From NCBI GenBank assembly GCA_024137785.1, contig JAHRHZ010000061.1:2010066-2074065 (forward strand): DNA of 64,000 bases, in the 5' to 3' direction. The position numbers were made by a program, and so were the translations under genes. The stretch is from Ginglymostoma cirratum. Taxonomy: Eukaryota. Below are positions 39,301 through 53,519 of the stretch, piece by piece. The stretch's first letter is position 1. Every line of letters begins with the position of its first letter. The notes under the pieces are model-generated. The model was not told where the DNA came from. It saw nothing but the letters and a program-made list of their open reading frames with translations, and made no database searches.

Positions 39301-42300
39301 CACAAGGATCATGTTACCAGGATGGGCATTTCTGTCCTTACTTCAAGCCAATGGAAGAGATGTGCAAACCCCAAACTAACTGAGAAACTGTCCTATCAAT
39401 CTTGAAGAAGTTGAGTACAATGCAGCCTTGTCCCAATTAATTCTACATAGGCTGTGGCAATAAGTTACAATATTTCACTTCCACTTAGTTAGCAATGGTC
39501 ACTTTTTGCCTTAACTCTACAGTTTAGTTTAGACCCTGAATCCCATTTAATTAACTTTAACTAACTCAAGATTAATGTAAAGATCCCAGCATGGTTTAAC
39601 AAAAAAGTTTCAGAATCTGTTTGCATAAACAAACAGAAATTTTATGTCTCACAATAATTTGTGCTGTTCAGTATTAGTTCCTGGATAAATTAAAAGCAAA
39701 CTTCAGATACAAGTCAAGGGAAGGATTTTTCATTTACAAGTTTGCAATGCTTTAAGAGAGCTGTATCCATTTCCTGGTACTCAACAGTGAAAACCAAAAC
39801 TTCGAAATAAAGATGATCAACAATGCAGCAACAACTTTCTCAAGGTCCAAATGCCTATTTTGCTATGGAAATCTGAATATTCAATTCAGTGCTTCATCAT
39901 GTAAAAGTTATGCATGGATGGACTGAACAAGGAGGAGATTATGGAGTATGGGGAGGGAGTATTAGCATTAATGTGTAAAAGCTGACTATTTTCATATTGT
40001 CAACAAAATTGACAAGTTCATTCTCTGAATGACACCTGGAGATTCAAAGTGAAATGCTACAGTTCTTTGTAGTTTAGACTCTGTTTGGGTCTAATGGATA
40101 CCTATTCTTGCTCCTCCTCTCTATGCAAAGTTTGAGTATGAACTACAAACTGGCACAAAATTGCAGTGAGACCTGTATTAGGATGAATGCCTCTAACAGT
40201 AAAACTGTTAACCTCATGAACGGGTGATTTTTTTTTTTTTTAAAGACAAAGAAGTAAACGTTGACCCAATCTGAAATAATTAGACTTATCCAGGTGTTTA
40301 TGTTCTGCACATTTTAGAAAATTTACTCCTGCACATTGCTCTCTCCACTTTTTCTGTCCTATGATGATACTTTGTACTGATGCGTTATTTTAAATATGAT
40401 TACAGTACTATTCTCACCCACATACCACCTGCTCCTGGTCAATGGCCTTGCTATTTTACACTGAAGACAACAGAGTTGCGGGTCGGTTTTGGTACCAATG
40501 TGTTCATTTACAGCAGTGCATTGGACACCCAACAGGTACAGGTAATCTCTGGGACACCAAGGAAAAAACAGATTACTATAGAACACCAGGGAGGTCAGCT
40601 GATGCAGCCCAAGATCACAAATGAAAATTGCATCTTAGTTCACTGGCGATTCATGAAGCCACGAAGCCGTAATGGAAACCGACATCTGTTTTAAAAATCC
40701 CGATCATGACTAATACTGACACGTATTATTTGTATTTTCATCTTCTTAAAGGCAACCATTACACACCTTCCAAGTGTCTATATCTAGAAACTCAGTTGAA
40801 ACCAAATCAAACCCAATCCCCGAGGATCAAAAAAACCCTATTTATCTTATAGTCAAAATTAGGATTCAAAGTGAGGCATTTTGAATAAATTTATAATGGT
40901 CATCACAGAGCTAAATTAGAGAAAAGTATATTGAAAAGCACTAATAAATTTAAAACTCAAAAAGGTGATCGTGTGCAGATACAGTTTTCTTTCATACCAC
41001 TACACCCTTCGAGATATTATTTTTTGAATCACAAATCTGAATTGAGAAGCCAACATTTCTTAGATGTTTCATATCAGAGTTACCAAAACTTTAACACAGC
41101 TGTAAATACGACAATTTATCAAAAATATTCAAGATTAAAATTAGACTAAATCTGAATCTGTTAAGATCATCTTGCCTGAGTCAGATTTTGCTCAGGTTTA
41201 ATATGTGTTCAATCCAGACAGAAGTAGATTTCGTATATCAACTACAGATTTGTTTAGTTCAGACGGCAGCATCTAATACATGTTTCATTATAACTGTGCC
41301 ATGGTATTTATTATTAGCTTTCTATTGCAAATTCCAGTCACAATCTTCTAAAAGAACAAAACATTTCTGATGTGAACAGCATGTACTAATCCTTATGTGC
41401 GGCTTATAAAAACTGGGTATATTACATACAGTACACCAAATAACCCTGCAGGTTTCGCAAAAAATAGACTTTGTCTCGCACATTTAATATCTGGTATTTG
41501 TTGATGTCAGGATGTTGCACTAACAATCACAATATCCATGCACCAACTGATCTTACATTACTTCATGGCTTCATGGAAATGAAGAACTGTCTTTGTGTGC
41601 TGCTGATTACTTCACTGACCTTCAAAGTTGTGCTACTGCTTTGAAACTTCATTTACAGTCCATGTTGTTTGCCATTCTGGTAACATGATCTTCAACCAAA
41701 TGGGAAGAAAGATATTTTGCATTCAAGCTAAGCAGTACGAAACATCAGTAATTCTAGCTGTTGGTCTGAGAGAAGACTTTTTTTCCTTTGTGCTGATATA
41801 CTTCTGCAACCTGAAATAAAACCTGAATATCTCCTCAGTAACTTGTTGAATTAGTAACCCTATAACCATCATAATAATCATTCACTGTAAAAAACACAGC
41901 AGTGCAACAGTTGGGACCTAAAAAGCTTTGCAGGATTTCTGCCACTATTAGTGCCTAATTGCTTAAAAAATAAGCAAATTACTTTACACATCTTAACAGT
42001 ATATTGGAAAACAGTCACGTCCAGTAAACTGCCCCCATGCAGGGTCAGTGAGGTTAAGCAAGAGAAAGCAAAAATAATAGGTATTAAATCATCATCGAAA
42101 ACAAAAAAGAAAGCACAAAGATTGTGTGTGTAACAAAAGGTACTTACTGTCTGCACAGAGACATGTTGTGCTATTAAACTTAACTACAGATTAACAGAGG
42201 TTTCAACTAAATAATGGTGCCATTGAAATAAAATATCTTAATGCAATGGGCAAATGTAAAGAACTTTCAATAATATCTTTCCTGCCATATCATTTCAGTA

Positions 42301-42788
42301 ATCAGGCAGAAGTTCATGATTAAACAGTTTCCATGAAACTCAAAATCATAATATGCTTTTAAAAAAAAAAGGAAAAATAGAGGTTGACGATATCTAGTCA
42401 CTAGCACAGTGCATCAGTGTTACTTGAGAAAAGCTAGAATTTGCAGCAAACTTGAGTAGCTCACACTCTGATCGTGTAGCGTGCAGTGGCAAGAATTGCC
42501 AGTAGGTTTCATGGGCAGTTGTTCTGTGTAACAGCTATTCTTTTTATATACCAGGTTGCCTTCAGATAGGGAACCAAAAGCTGAAGAAACTGGTTTAGCC
42601 CCATTCGTAAACGTTTGATGCCCAAATTCTGAGCCTGTCCATAGGGCTCCGCTGAACCAGTGTTTCCCAGCTGTTCTGTGAGGTACCCAGTCACGACAGG
42701 GTGACACTCCGACAACGCAGTCAATATTAGGTCAAACTGACCCATCTCGTGTGTTCCAGACTTTGTAGAGATACAAAGTAATAATGCA
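33303..42788 (-). other. BBX: Putative long BBX 3' UTR
   Basis: AT-rich, with no recognisable transposons downstream of the BBX stop. Minus-strand AATAAA at 33303-33308 lies near where repeats resume. Other AATAAA sites exist, so the true end is uncertain. Confidence 0.45.
34108..35240. repeat. Local direct duplication of about 230 bp (34108-34335 and 34995-35240)
   Basis: Shared blocks include ggatggtttgtcattgaacagccagctctttggaagt, aacaagtttgtacaatatgaacaa and acttttaggtctgtataaa. Confidence 0.9.
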
Positions 42789-42876
42789 TTATTGGTCTGC
42801 ACAGGAGATAAGTACTGAGGTTTGTGCCATTTCCTTAGGCTGTCCATCATGGTTTAGAGAAACTGCACGCTGGCCT
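42789..42876 (-). CDS. BBX: BBX (bobby sox HMG-box transcription factor) last coding exon
   Basis: catctgcag|A GGC...: (R)GQRAVSLNHDGQPKEMAQTSVLISCADQ*, matching the recalled vertebrate BBX C-terminus HDGQPKEM...VLISCADQ. Confidence 0.93.
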
Positions 42877-43221
42877 CTGCAGATGAAAGAAACAAAGATA
42901 ATCAATACTACAGATATACACATTGATCAACAAGATCAAATGCCAGCACTAATGCCAAGCTTTTCCTGGGGACATGCATGCTGTGAAGGTGTATCTACTA
43001 ACAACCCTTCTGTATTTGAACTGAAGTGAAGTATTGTGAATAGCACATTTACTTTGTATGCAAATCATTCGCTTAGATGGGATAAACAGACCAACACTAC
43101 ATAGACACTATGAAAACTAGATTTGTGAAATTAGAATCTTCTCATCAACTTTTAAATGGCCCCAATAAAATTGTCAGGCATACACTCTGTCTCCATGTGA
43201 ACCATGCATTATAAAAAGATA

Positions 43222-43497
43222 GTCGTAGAACCCCCTACAATGTGGAAAGAGGCCACTCAGCCCATCGAGTCTGCAGCAACCCTCCAAAGAACATCCCCCG
43301 CAGACCCAGACCCAGCCCTTACCATAACACTGTAACCCCGCATTTCCCATGGCCAATCTATCCAACCTACACATCATTGGATTATGGGAAGAAACCGGAG
43401 CACCCAGAGGAAACCCATGCAGACACAAGGAGAATGTGCAAACTCCACACCTGGGTGTCTGGCATTATGAGGCAACAATGCTCACCACTGAGCCACT
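43222..43497 (-). mobile_element. HE1-type SINE
   Basis: Homologous to 8089-8415 (gaaaccggagcacccagaggaaaccc; ccactgagccac). Confidence 0.8.
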
Positions 43498-44459
43498 ACA
43501 AGTGGGCCCTCTCCTTTGATTTCCTATTATTCTTCATTAAACAGCTAAACTAATGGTACTATTGGAAGCAAAGAAATAGAGGCAGAAAATAATAAAAGTT
43601 GACAAATGCTCACAGATGCAACAGTTTTAATAAATGGGGGTTAGTTTCACAACCTTGCCCCTAAGGAAAATTGATTTTTTAAACCCCAATGATTAAAGAA
43701 GGAAGACCTGTTGTATAGCATTCTTGCTTCCTTCAACTTGCTCATTAATTTGTTGGATTTTGGGGAGGGCGTGGGCATGACAATGCGGTGAGTGCGGGCG
43801 ATGAATACAGTTGGGACAAACCGGAAGATGAACCTGGCCTCTTGCCTTGTTTCCCTGGGACAAGGCTGCCCAGTGGAACCTGACATTACAGCTTTTCCAT
43901 CTATTCCACTAACTAAAGACTAGAGCCTGATTTTTCATTACTGAGAAAACTTGCGCCGGGTGATCAAAGGGAAATTCTGGGGCCTCAACTTTAGAGTTAT
44001 CAGGCCATTGCTACTGTTCACCAGTTTTCCCAGCTTGGATAGTGGGTTGCGACCTGGCACATGCTTCAAGTGACAATAGTGTTGCTATTTAAAATGTGTG
44101 TTCCAAATATAAGTGCCCCTTAGGTTACTATTTTCATTGGGGTGGGTGGGTTCTTGAAGATTTTGAGAACCACACCAGGTAAGCCAGTTTATGAGCACTG
44201 GCAGGAGCCTGTGACGGAGACAGGATATTTTCAACAAATAAGTTTAAAAGTTCTTGCCAACATAAATTGCCAGAATTAGTTTTAAATGTTAAAGATGTCA
44301 TTAATGCAGTAAGGTAGTATGTGGCCCTCCATTCAGCTGGTTTTGTTGAAACAGTTGTGACACCCCTATAATGTATAGGGAATGTTTATACAGCTGCAAA
44401 GGAAACTGTTTGCTTGTTGAAAGATTTCAGCGCTTTTAACTTTCTTACCCTACTTTGGA

Positions 44460-45075
44460 ATGTTTTTTTAAACGCCTGTTTATTGCTTTTTTCCAGCAGT
44501 CCAATGTCCAATCTTGCCTCTCCCTTATCTTTTAGATACCTAAAAAAACTTTTATAATTTTCTTTTACATTACTAGTTAGCTTACTCTTACATTTCATCT
44601 TCTCACCCTTATTGTTTCTGGCTTCCCACTAACCTTCACTACATTGCTTGCTGTTCCTTTTGGTTTTATGCTGTCCCTGACTTCCTTTGTCAGCCATAAA
44701 CTCAGCACTGATCCCTGTGGAACACCACTGGTCACAGATCACCAACCTGAAAATGACCCCCTTATCCCACTCACTGTTTCCTGCCCATGAGCCAATTCTC
44801 TTTCCATTCTAATGCATGACATTCAACATCATGGGATCTTATCTTATGACTTAACCTTTTGTAAGGTACCTTGTTGAATGGCTTCTGGAACTCCAAACAC
44901 ATCTACTGGTTCCCCTCTATCAGGTTGGGACTTCTTTGAAAATCTCTAATAATTTAGTCAAATGTGATTTCCCTTTCATGAAGCTGTGCTGACTCTGCTT
45001 GATTAGATTATGATTTTCTAAATGTTCTGCTATAACTTCCTTAATAATTGATTCCAGTACTTTTCTAACAATCCT
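44460..45075 (-). mobile_element. CR1 LINE internal fragments
   Basis: NYKSFFRYLK and LIKQSQHSFMKGKSHLTKLLE motifs on the minus strand. Confidence 0.75.
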
Positions 45076-45119
45076 GACTGTTTTTCTATGAAGTAGCAAA
45101 GCCTTATTAGTCACCTCAC

Positions 45120-45327
45120 CTATGTGCATTCTCCATTGCTGCAACTTCTGCCAAGGCAGCTAAACTGAAGAATGCTGGGATTGCAGAGGTTGCTTGCACT
45201 TCTGGAGAAATGCCGCATGCCTGTTCAGTTTCTGAATGACTATAGTTGACTCCACCATCAGAAGTGTCTGTCTTTAGTGGCTGCTTTTTCTTTTCTTGCT
45301 TACATTGTATCTTCTCCTTTGAGAGAT
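45120..45327 (-). CDS. BBX: BBX penultimate coding exon
   Basis: tttttgcag|...AG|gtgagg, phases 1/2, 208 nt. Ends AFFSLAALAEVAAMENAH(R). Confidence 0.92.
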
Positions 45328-45744
45328 CTGCAAAAAGTGAAATGCAATTAGGACTTAGCCAATTTGGAAAGGGAGAAAAACCAAAAACTGTTGATTCACT
45401 TAAAAATGAATTACTTTCATTGTTTTAGTTAGTAATTCCTTTCTATACATCCATCTTTGACAGAGGAATATTGACTAACCTGGAGGTCTTTTCCAATTAT
45501 TGCATAACCAAACAACTGCAGAAAACATGTGTAATGTTTGGTTTGTTCATGACCTATTCTGTTAGGCAACTACCTCACTTTTCATGATTCCCTACACATG
45601 AGAGATCTGGAACCCAGACAGAGCAAAACAATGGCAGAAACCTTTCTCCAAGACGGAGAAATAACTATGAAAAAAGGATTGTGGCACTGTCTTAGAGTTT
45701 CTAAGTATGGTCAGAGGATAGTACACAAACGCTGTAGCTGAACA

Positions 45745-45957
45745 AAAAAGAAATCCGTGTATGCTGGAAATCAGAGAAACAAACAGAAATTGCTCGAAAG
45801 CTCAGCAGGTCTGTGCAGAGAAATCAGAGTTAATGTTTCGGGTCCAGGGACCGTTCTTCATAAGGGTTCCTCTCGGGGTCCCTGGACCCGAAACATTAAC
45901 TCTGATTTCTCTGCACAGACCGGCTAAGCTTTCCAGCAATTCCTGTTTTTGTCTCTG
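45745..45957. mobile_element. Palindromic Penelope-terminus element
   Basis: Near-perfect arms gtctgtgcagagaaatcagagttaatgtttcgggtccagggacc / ggtccctggacccgaaacattaactctgatttctctgcacagac. Confidence 0.75.
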
Positions 45958-46399
45958 AGGCTTATGAAGTCCACTTACTGATGTTATTTATGTAGAATTC
46001 TGCAGTTTGGGTTCAACTTAAGTATTTTACTTCTGACCTTTTTGTGAGACTTACTCAGCAATTTTTTTTTTAACTTAAACAGGTTCTATTTAAATATTTT
46101 GAGAAATAAGTGCATCTATCTGGCTTATGAACAGGTTTAAAAACTCACCATCTAGGAGCAAAGAACTGCTCAGGTTAATGTGTAAGCATACGTAGTGCAG
46201 AGGGCATGATGCAGAACTGGTAATCCAGAAATCTGAATCTAATAATCTGTGGACTAGCAAGGGACCAAATGACTGTCAGATTGTTGGAAATATCCAATAC
46301 CTCATGACGATCCTTCAGGATGGGAACCTGCCATCACTATTCAATGGCATCCCGGAGTCATATTTCTTGCGTTATTGGCAAGTAACACAGATTAAAGAA

Positions 46400-48420
46400 G
46401 AGTGGATTCCGTTTGTGTGAAAACTCAGATTTGTTCAATGGCTCAGGCTACAACACGCAGTCACAAACAACAATGTATGCAACTCACTTTTGCTAGACTG
46501 CATATGACAGTTGGTCATGTGTTTCATCCTGCTCCCTGACTCATTAGCATATCCAGCACTTAAAGCAATAATAAAAGATTCCATCCTCAACCCCACTATT
46601 AAAGAATAAAGTGACATGTATTAAGAATGAAAGTGTACATACATTTGAGTAGTTGCAATGCTATTTACATAGAAACAATAACTAAAAAACCTGAAATGCT
46701 TAAGAGTCAGTTTAACATACAAGTAGCTTGACAACTCTGTGGATGGTGTAACCTTCCAGAGATTTAGACTTCACACTTGGGTGTTCTCAACTTGTCAATG
46801 AGGTGAAATTTTGCGTGTCGTTTGCTGTCATAATGTCTGTCTTCCTCACCTTCACTACCCAAGCTTATTTGTGCATGCATTTTGTGCACAATTGGAATGT
46901 TTTACAGATCCAAGTTCTGTCTTTCTTTATGGTGCCCATTTGATGTTGTGACTTTGTATGATCGAGGCTTAGTGCACACTTTGGGAACCTCTCTGGATAT
47001 CCCCTGTATAATGCTGAACATTTGTCAAACCTATGATTAGGCATGTGGATCACGTGCCATCTTCATTTTCTCGTTTTGTGAGAAGTTTTCCATCTGTATC
47101 TCCGAGAACCTGGGACAGGATATGGCTTGGAAGGTTTATCCTAACCTGGTTTCCAAATATGATCTCCCATATCCAAAAGGTAGAACGCAGTAACTAACCC
47201 TACACTTTGTAATGAGTGCTTAGAGAATGTGAACCATTCATTCAGCGAGACCACTGGTTCTGGGATAATGGGATGAGGTTTACACCCCATAGGGTTTACA
47301 ACCCTATCGCATACATGATCCTGAAAAGTCTGCCTTTACAATGTAGCACATTGTCAGATATGATCTCTTCAGGTGTACCAATCAGCATGAACACTGCACT
47401 CGTTGTGTCTGCAATGGACATGCTTGAAATGTTTTTTAACTGACAATTGGAAATTTAGAAAAATAGCTGGGAACAAGGAGAAAATCATCACTATCCACAG
47501 TGAATAAATTAGTTGTAGGTTGAAGGTTCTTCCACATCGTAACTTCGTCTTGCTGATAACAATGTACCTGGCTTATACTTTTGCAGGTCTCTGGCCAACT
47601 CCCTATCGTTGCTGCTACAATGATACGCATGGATTTTCTGTGGCCATGTCTTAGCGTAGCCTCTGTTTATATTTTTGGAAGCAGATTTCTTGCACTGGCA
47701 GACCCAGTGTTCTTTTGCATTGCATAATTTGTAAAGATCTTGGAATGCAGGACAGCTTTGCAGTGGCTGCACCCACTGACAAAATGGTCAATTGATTCTC
47801 TTGCCTTTAAGATAACAATTCAATGTACAACTGTTTGTAGCATAAAAAGAACAATATTTATTTAAAATTAAATCTCTATTCAACTACTTACATCAAGTCC
47901 AACCTCTAGGAGTATAGGAGTATCGTTTTCCACTTTTATAAGTACATGCCCACATAGTTCAGTGCTTGCAATAAAATGTGGAAATGGCAAAGTACTTTCT
48001 GATTTACTGTGGTCTTCCTCAGGCTTTGCTACACCAGCAGCTCACTGATAGATGTGACATTTGAGCATGTGAAAGAGATGAGTTTGTAGTGCTCACTTAC
48101 TACTTTACTAAACATACGAGAGAAAGGTAAGGCTTTGCACATTCAGACGTAAGTGATTTTTTAATGGCATGCTAAGCTTTAATTACTGTTGAAAAAATTG
48201 GAAATCTAGGTTCACAATATGGAGTCCCATTCTTTCAAACTTTAATTATTCCACACAAGCTGAGGTTACCATGAAGGGCACTCCTTCTCAACCTAACCTC
48301 TCCCCTCCCCTCCCCTGAGGTGTAGTGATCCTCAGATTAAACCATCAGCAGTCATCTCTTGCTTATGACAGCATAGCTCTATGGTCCGGTAGAACTATGG
48401 AGACTTTATCTTCATTGTTA
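46400..48420 (-). mobile_element. Gypsy-type LTR retrotransposon relic
   Basis: Decayed gag zinc knuckle (CPAF...LCNAKEHWVCQC) and integrase motifs (LLVPSYFSKFPIV, PEEIISDN, HYPRTSGLAE). Internally deleted; boundaries approximate. Confidence 0.65.
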
Positions 48421-48771
48421 CAGAGCTTAAAAATAAACCTTTGAACTTTTACTTTTTCCATCTCCTCCCCAGTCCCATTTTTTCCTCTTCTTTATTTTGT
48501 TTTCTGTTAGTGATGTAATATTAAATTCAATTTTCTAATTTATATTTCCGAACTTATAGTCTGTTTGCATCAAGAAGGATTTTTCTACCTGATTGGTCTG
48601 CTTTGTTTACCTTACTCACAGGCCACAAATCCCCTGTAAAGGACTTGACACAGGAAATGATATCTAAGTAGGGGAACTGTCAGTCAAAAACTCACGTAAT
48701 GTCTGTATGCAGTTATTAACATTGTGAATGGTAAACGCTACTCCTACAAGATCTAGTCATTTTCCACTTAC

Positions 48772-48960
48772 CCCCTGCAGGTGACAAGCGCCCATCAGCT
48801 GTTCGGATTAAGTGTGTTATTTTTGTTTTTCTGGCCTTGCGCTTCTGGCTACCAACGAGGGGTTCTTGAGTCACAGCTGTTAGTGGGCTGCTTGGAACCG
48901 ATGGAGCATGGTCTGCCTTCTCCACATGTTCCTCAATGTTCGAATCTTGTGGTACTATGG
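48772..48960 (-). CDS. BBX: BBX coding exon
   Basis: gtttcag|CC...G|gtaagt, phases 1/1, 189 nt. TQEPLVGSQKRKARKTKITHLIRTADGRLSPAG. Confidence 0.93.
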
Positions 48961-51900
48961 CTGAAACGTAAGAAACAATTAAGACAAAATCTACCACTCT
49001 AACAGTGTCCATTCACACAAAATAAGACACTTCGGTCAGCTTGTTTGCAGAATACTGCTATTTATTGATCCAGCTTCCGTGGCCCAGATATACATACAGT
49101 GGTTATGTTTCCTTCTTTGATGTCTTTTGCTATTTATTTATGGAGCACTCTGAACCACTTTGAACGTGCTCTATATCACTAATAATTTTTATTTGGGTGG
49201 CCATGATGAGATACTCGCCCTGTTGTAACCACCTCACTAGTTAATCTCTGGGCAACCCTCTTGGCCTACTACTGACCCTATCCTGTAGGAGAAAACAAAA
49301 CTTACTTTTGCATTGCTGGATACCAGAGGAGCAGATTTTGATCTATGGTCTTTGGGACTCAGAAGCTGCCAGTCTCTGTTTGATTGGCAGTTACGACTGG
49401 CCTGGGACACTGTTGTCAAGGCTTATGATAGGCTAATAAACATAGTTATGCTCTGCTTGCTCTTAATAAGCTCTGTGGCACATGATGGATCATGTTTACT
49501 TGAAGGTGGAGGTGGAGAGTTAATCAAAAATGGGAAGTGTGCACAGAGTGTCTACAGTTGAATAAATGGCTTGATTTAAAAGGTAAACATGAAGTTCATG
49601 TTAAAAGAAAATTCAGTTAATTGACTAATTGTGTTTCTAGAGTAACCTCATTATCCAATTCCCTCACTATTAAACACAGATGTCAGAAACTTGCAGACTT
49701 TTTTTCTAGCTTCCAGTAAATTGTTAATCCTTCGAAGTAAATCCTTATAACACAAATACATGTCATAAATAAAGGATTATAACAGCCCTGAAATCTATAA
49801 AATGACAGAGGAAGCCATAGATATTCAGTACAACATCAGTGACATCATTGATGACTGAAAGCACAACTTGCTGGATGGTTAGAACTTGGTCTTAGCACTT
49901 CCAGCATCAAATTTAAAGACAAAAGCAATATCATATTGGCTATAAGAACTTAATGTAGTATGCAGTGTTTGAAGTACATTCCAAATTTCACCAACATATA
50001 GGAAGAAATGTGGTTACTTTTATACTTCGGGCTTTATTCGGTGACTGTGACTGAGATGCTGAATGATTGAACAAAGCGTGATTCAAAGATTTGCCATATA
50101 TTTTATGGTAAATTAATTATGTGCTTACTGGATTAATTAGAAATGATTAAATGTCTGTTTTAATTGGATGTTGTGACATTACTGAGAATGTAAGATTTGA
50201 GGCTTTTAAAAACACCATATCTGTTTTTGGAGCAGAGGCTGCATGTTTACAGTCTAGCCATAATGAGGTAACCAAAGGTTCTTAAGTAGCAAATATTTTA
50301 ATAGGTCATTGAAATTGGAGAAACCTCAAATTAAATTTCGACGAATTTTATCGAGTCTGGTCTATTTAATTCACACAGGGGAGGTACTATAATCCTTATT
50401 TGCAATACCTAGACACTTGGCAAGGTCTATTAATGTCAAGAGAGTTTTATTGTAAGAATATCACTGCAGTAATCCATTTGCTAGCCTTTACACCTAGAAG
50501 TTAGTTTAAACTCTTTCACAGTTAGTTAAATTTATGATTATGGCAATCTAAAAAGATTAACTGGATATTATTACCATGGATTTAATTATATTCCAACAGG
50601 CCACCCTGCCACAAGATTCAACCCAACAGTCTCACTGGGGCACTTAGGCCATTATATACATATTTACATGCATGCGTGACATCCTCTGGGAACAATTAAG
50701 GCGTTTTATGTGATTTCCGTCCATGCTTCATTATGTGAACATCTGCAGTTACAGCTCTTACACAGAAGCTAGATCATACCATAACAATGAAAGAGTTTAA
50801 AAGCTGAGGCCACCTCTTCCCTTACCCCCATTCTACATCAAGAAACATCAGTTCCACCACGTAGCAAAAATGAACCTTTATTAGTACCTTTATCAGTTAA
50901 ATGATGTGTCCCCTTTTGGTGTTTACACTTGCTGACTATTTTCTGAGATGGAGATGATCCTAAAAAATATAAATAAAAATATATAAAAAAAAAAGAAAAT
51001 GCTGGCTTTCACCAAATGGGTTCCTAATTCCAACAGAATAATGGTAATTCCATACTCTGTTCTTGCTAATGGAAAATTAAAATACAGCTATGCCTCGCAC
51101 AATTTAATTCAATGCTTCAGTGTTGGCACACTGGTCATTTTCAGGGGACAGTATATCTGCTGGAGGAATTGGGGGAGATGATAGTGATAGCAGTAATAGC
51201 TGTTGTCAGGTGTAAATATACTCATCTATTTAACTTTGAATAAATCAGAAAATGCAAAAAATCAAGTGCTCTGACTACATCCACTGCCAGAGAAGAAAAC
51301 CTGGCACTGTCTGTACCTAAGTACAAAGTTCAAACACGTTCTTGTTCCCATGTGGACACAGAGATAAACCAATTGTGCACAACGTTGCACTCCAAACGTT
51401 TCAACAAAAACAAACTTTTCTGTTATGTATTAAGTTCTCCTACCTGAACTCTCAAATATGTGAAAAAAGTCACAAAGTGTTGAGCAACAAAGTTGTTCAT
51501 CACTGGACAAAAGACAAATAATCCATTGAGAACAATAATAGGTCACTCCATCACGTCGTCACATAAAAGAAAACACTTTGATTTCAGTTATAAGGTGGCT
51601 AATATTTTCCATCTGAACCAGATGAAAAACACACTATGCACTGGCAAATTGAAATAAAGTAGAGCTCATTCATTTTGAGTCTGATTTCAAGCTGCCACAA
51701 ATTCAAGTTTATTACATTTCAGTCAGCATATACATGGACACAGATGTTAGTTTCGACCTTGCAAGAAATTTGCAGTAATGTTTGAGGTTTTCCAATGCTC
51801 TGTTTAGAATGGTACCTTACTTCACTTTCACCCTTCCTTCCCCATAGATAGTCGACATTCCTTGTAGATAGTTGACACTGTAAATTACTGTCAACCCTCA

Positions 51901-53519
51901 AGTACTATACCTTTCTCCTTCAAAAATACAATCAAATACCTTCTCCAAAAATCATTCTCACTGTGCTTGATGTCTTTTGCTTCATCTTTAACTTCAGCTC
52001 AGTTATGTATTGCCAACCCTACCTTTACCAAAAAGCCATGTTTGAACTCCAATCACATTTCTATCCCTGTCGTAGTATAGAAACAACACAAATCAATGTC
52101 AAAAATAATATCCTTATGACTTTGATGACGGTGTGACATGATCCTATCTCATTCTTGCCAACTCTTTGTGCAGTCTTTGGCATAATCATCCAAACCATTC
52201 TCCTCCAAAACCTTTACTTCATCATTGAGCTTAATGATAATGTCTTTCGTTACATCCTTACCTATCATATCAAAGTCAGAATATCTTCACCAACAGCTTT
52301 GATTCTATTCTTCAGGTCTCCTCAATCCATGATGTTCCTCTCAACTACATTGGCATATTAACCTCTAAAGGCAATGGAGTTAACATCCATGTAGTTATGA
52401 CACCTATCTCTGTCTTTCCAGCCCCTCTCAATCCCAAACTGCTTCTGTCTTATTAAATCCTGTTTCCGTTCCTGTTGAATATCAGGAAGGCTGAAAGCAT
52501 CTTCTGTAAATATTATCTAATCAAACTATTGACAGATGTTATTACACACCTCTGGAACAGGAGGGACTTAAACTGTCTCCTGGCTCTGAGGGAGGAACAC
52601 AATTGTGCCACAAGAACCCTAAGCCATCATCTCCTTTGTTTCTTTCCTTTTATATCCAGAAGTGCTGTTATATACAACTGAACATGTTTTTTTACATCAC
52701 CAAATCACTCATGATATTTTTTATTAGCAACCACCAGTAATTCACCCATGTTTCTAATCGAATAAAAAAATGTAACGCAAAGCATCAAAGACGAAGGGGA
52801 AGTAGGGAGAAGGGGAGAGGTTAAACCAAAATGGAGTTGGAGGGGAAGCCGTCATCTTTGACTCATATCTCAAATCCCAAACACCTAAATCACTAATTTT
52901 ATCACTCTTCCTGACAGTTTTTGATTCAGACTTGCTTGGGATCTCAGTATCCAAATCACATCCTTTGCTGATCTTCCAACCTCATAATCTATTCATGATA
53001 AAGACTGTCGACTTTGACCTCCATAAGTTCACCCATCTCCACTGCTGCCCCGAAACCCCTCGTCTTTATCATTGCCATCGCTTTTGACACAAGGAATTAA
53101 CTTCTCTCCTGGGTGGACTCCCACACCCATGATTTGTAAACATCATTCAAAACTGTGCTGCTTTTCTCTTGTCCCACATCTCACCTACTCACCCATCGCT
53201 TCAGCCTAATGTGAACAACCGTGTCTTCTGTTTTGTAAAAGCTGTGTTTGGAATTGCCTGTCTATATTCCTGCAACTCCCTCTCCAAATTTACAACCATG
53301 GTTAAAACATGCTTTTTTGACTAAATTTTTGGATATTGCTGCAAATCTCTTTTTTTTGGGGTAGGCAAATATTTGTGTCCAAGTACATCAATGTAGAACA
53401 CATCAAGACTCTCTATGTTGAAAGGTGTGAGAAGAAAACAAATTGCTTTTGTAGTTTTTTTTTCTTTGAAAAGGTGCAGCTTCCATAAAGTAACCAAAAT
53501 GTCTAATTGTTGGATATAA

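Noticed and set aside
51911-51997. Possible extra BBX exon ending KEK|G
   Set aside because: The acceptor is poor and there is no real similarity to the recalled BBX sequence.
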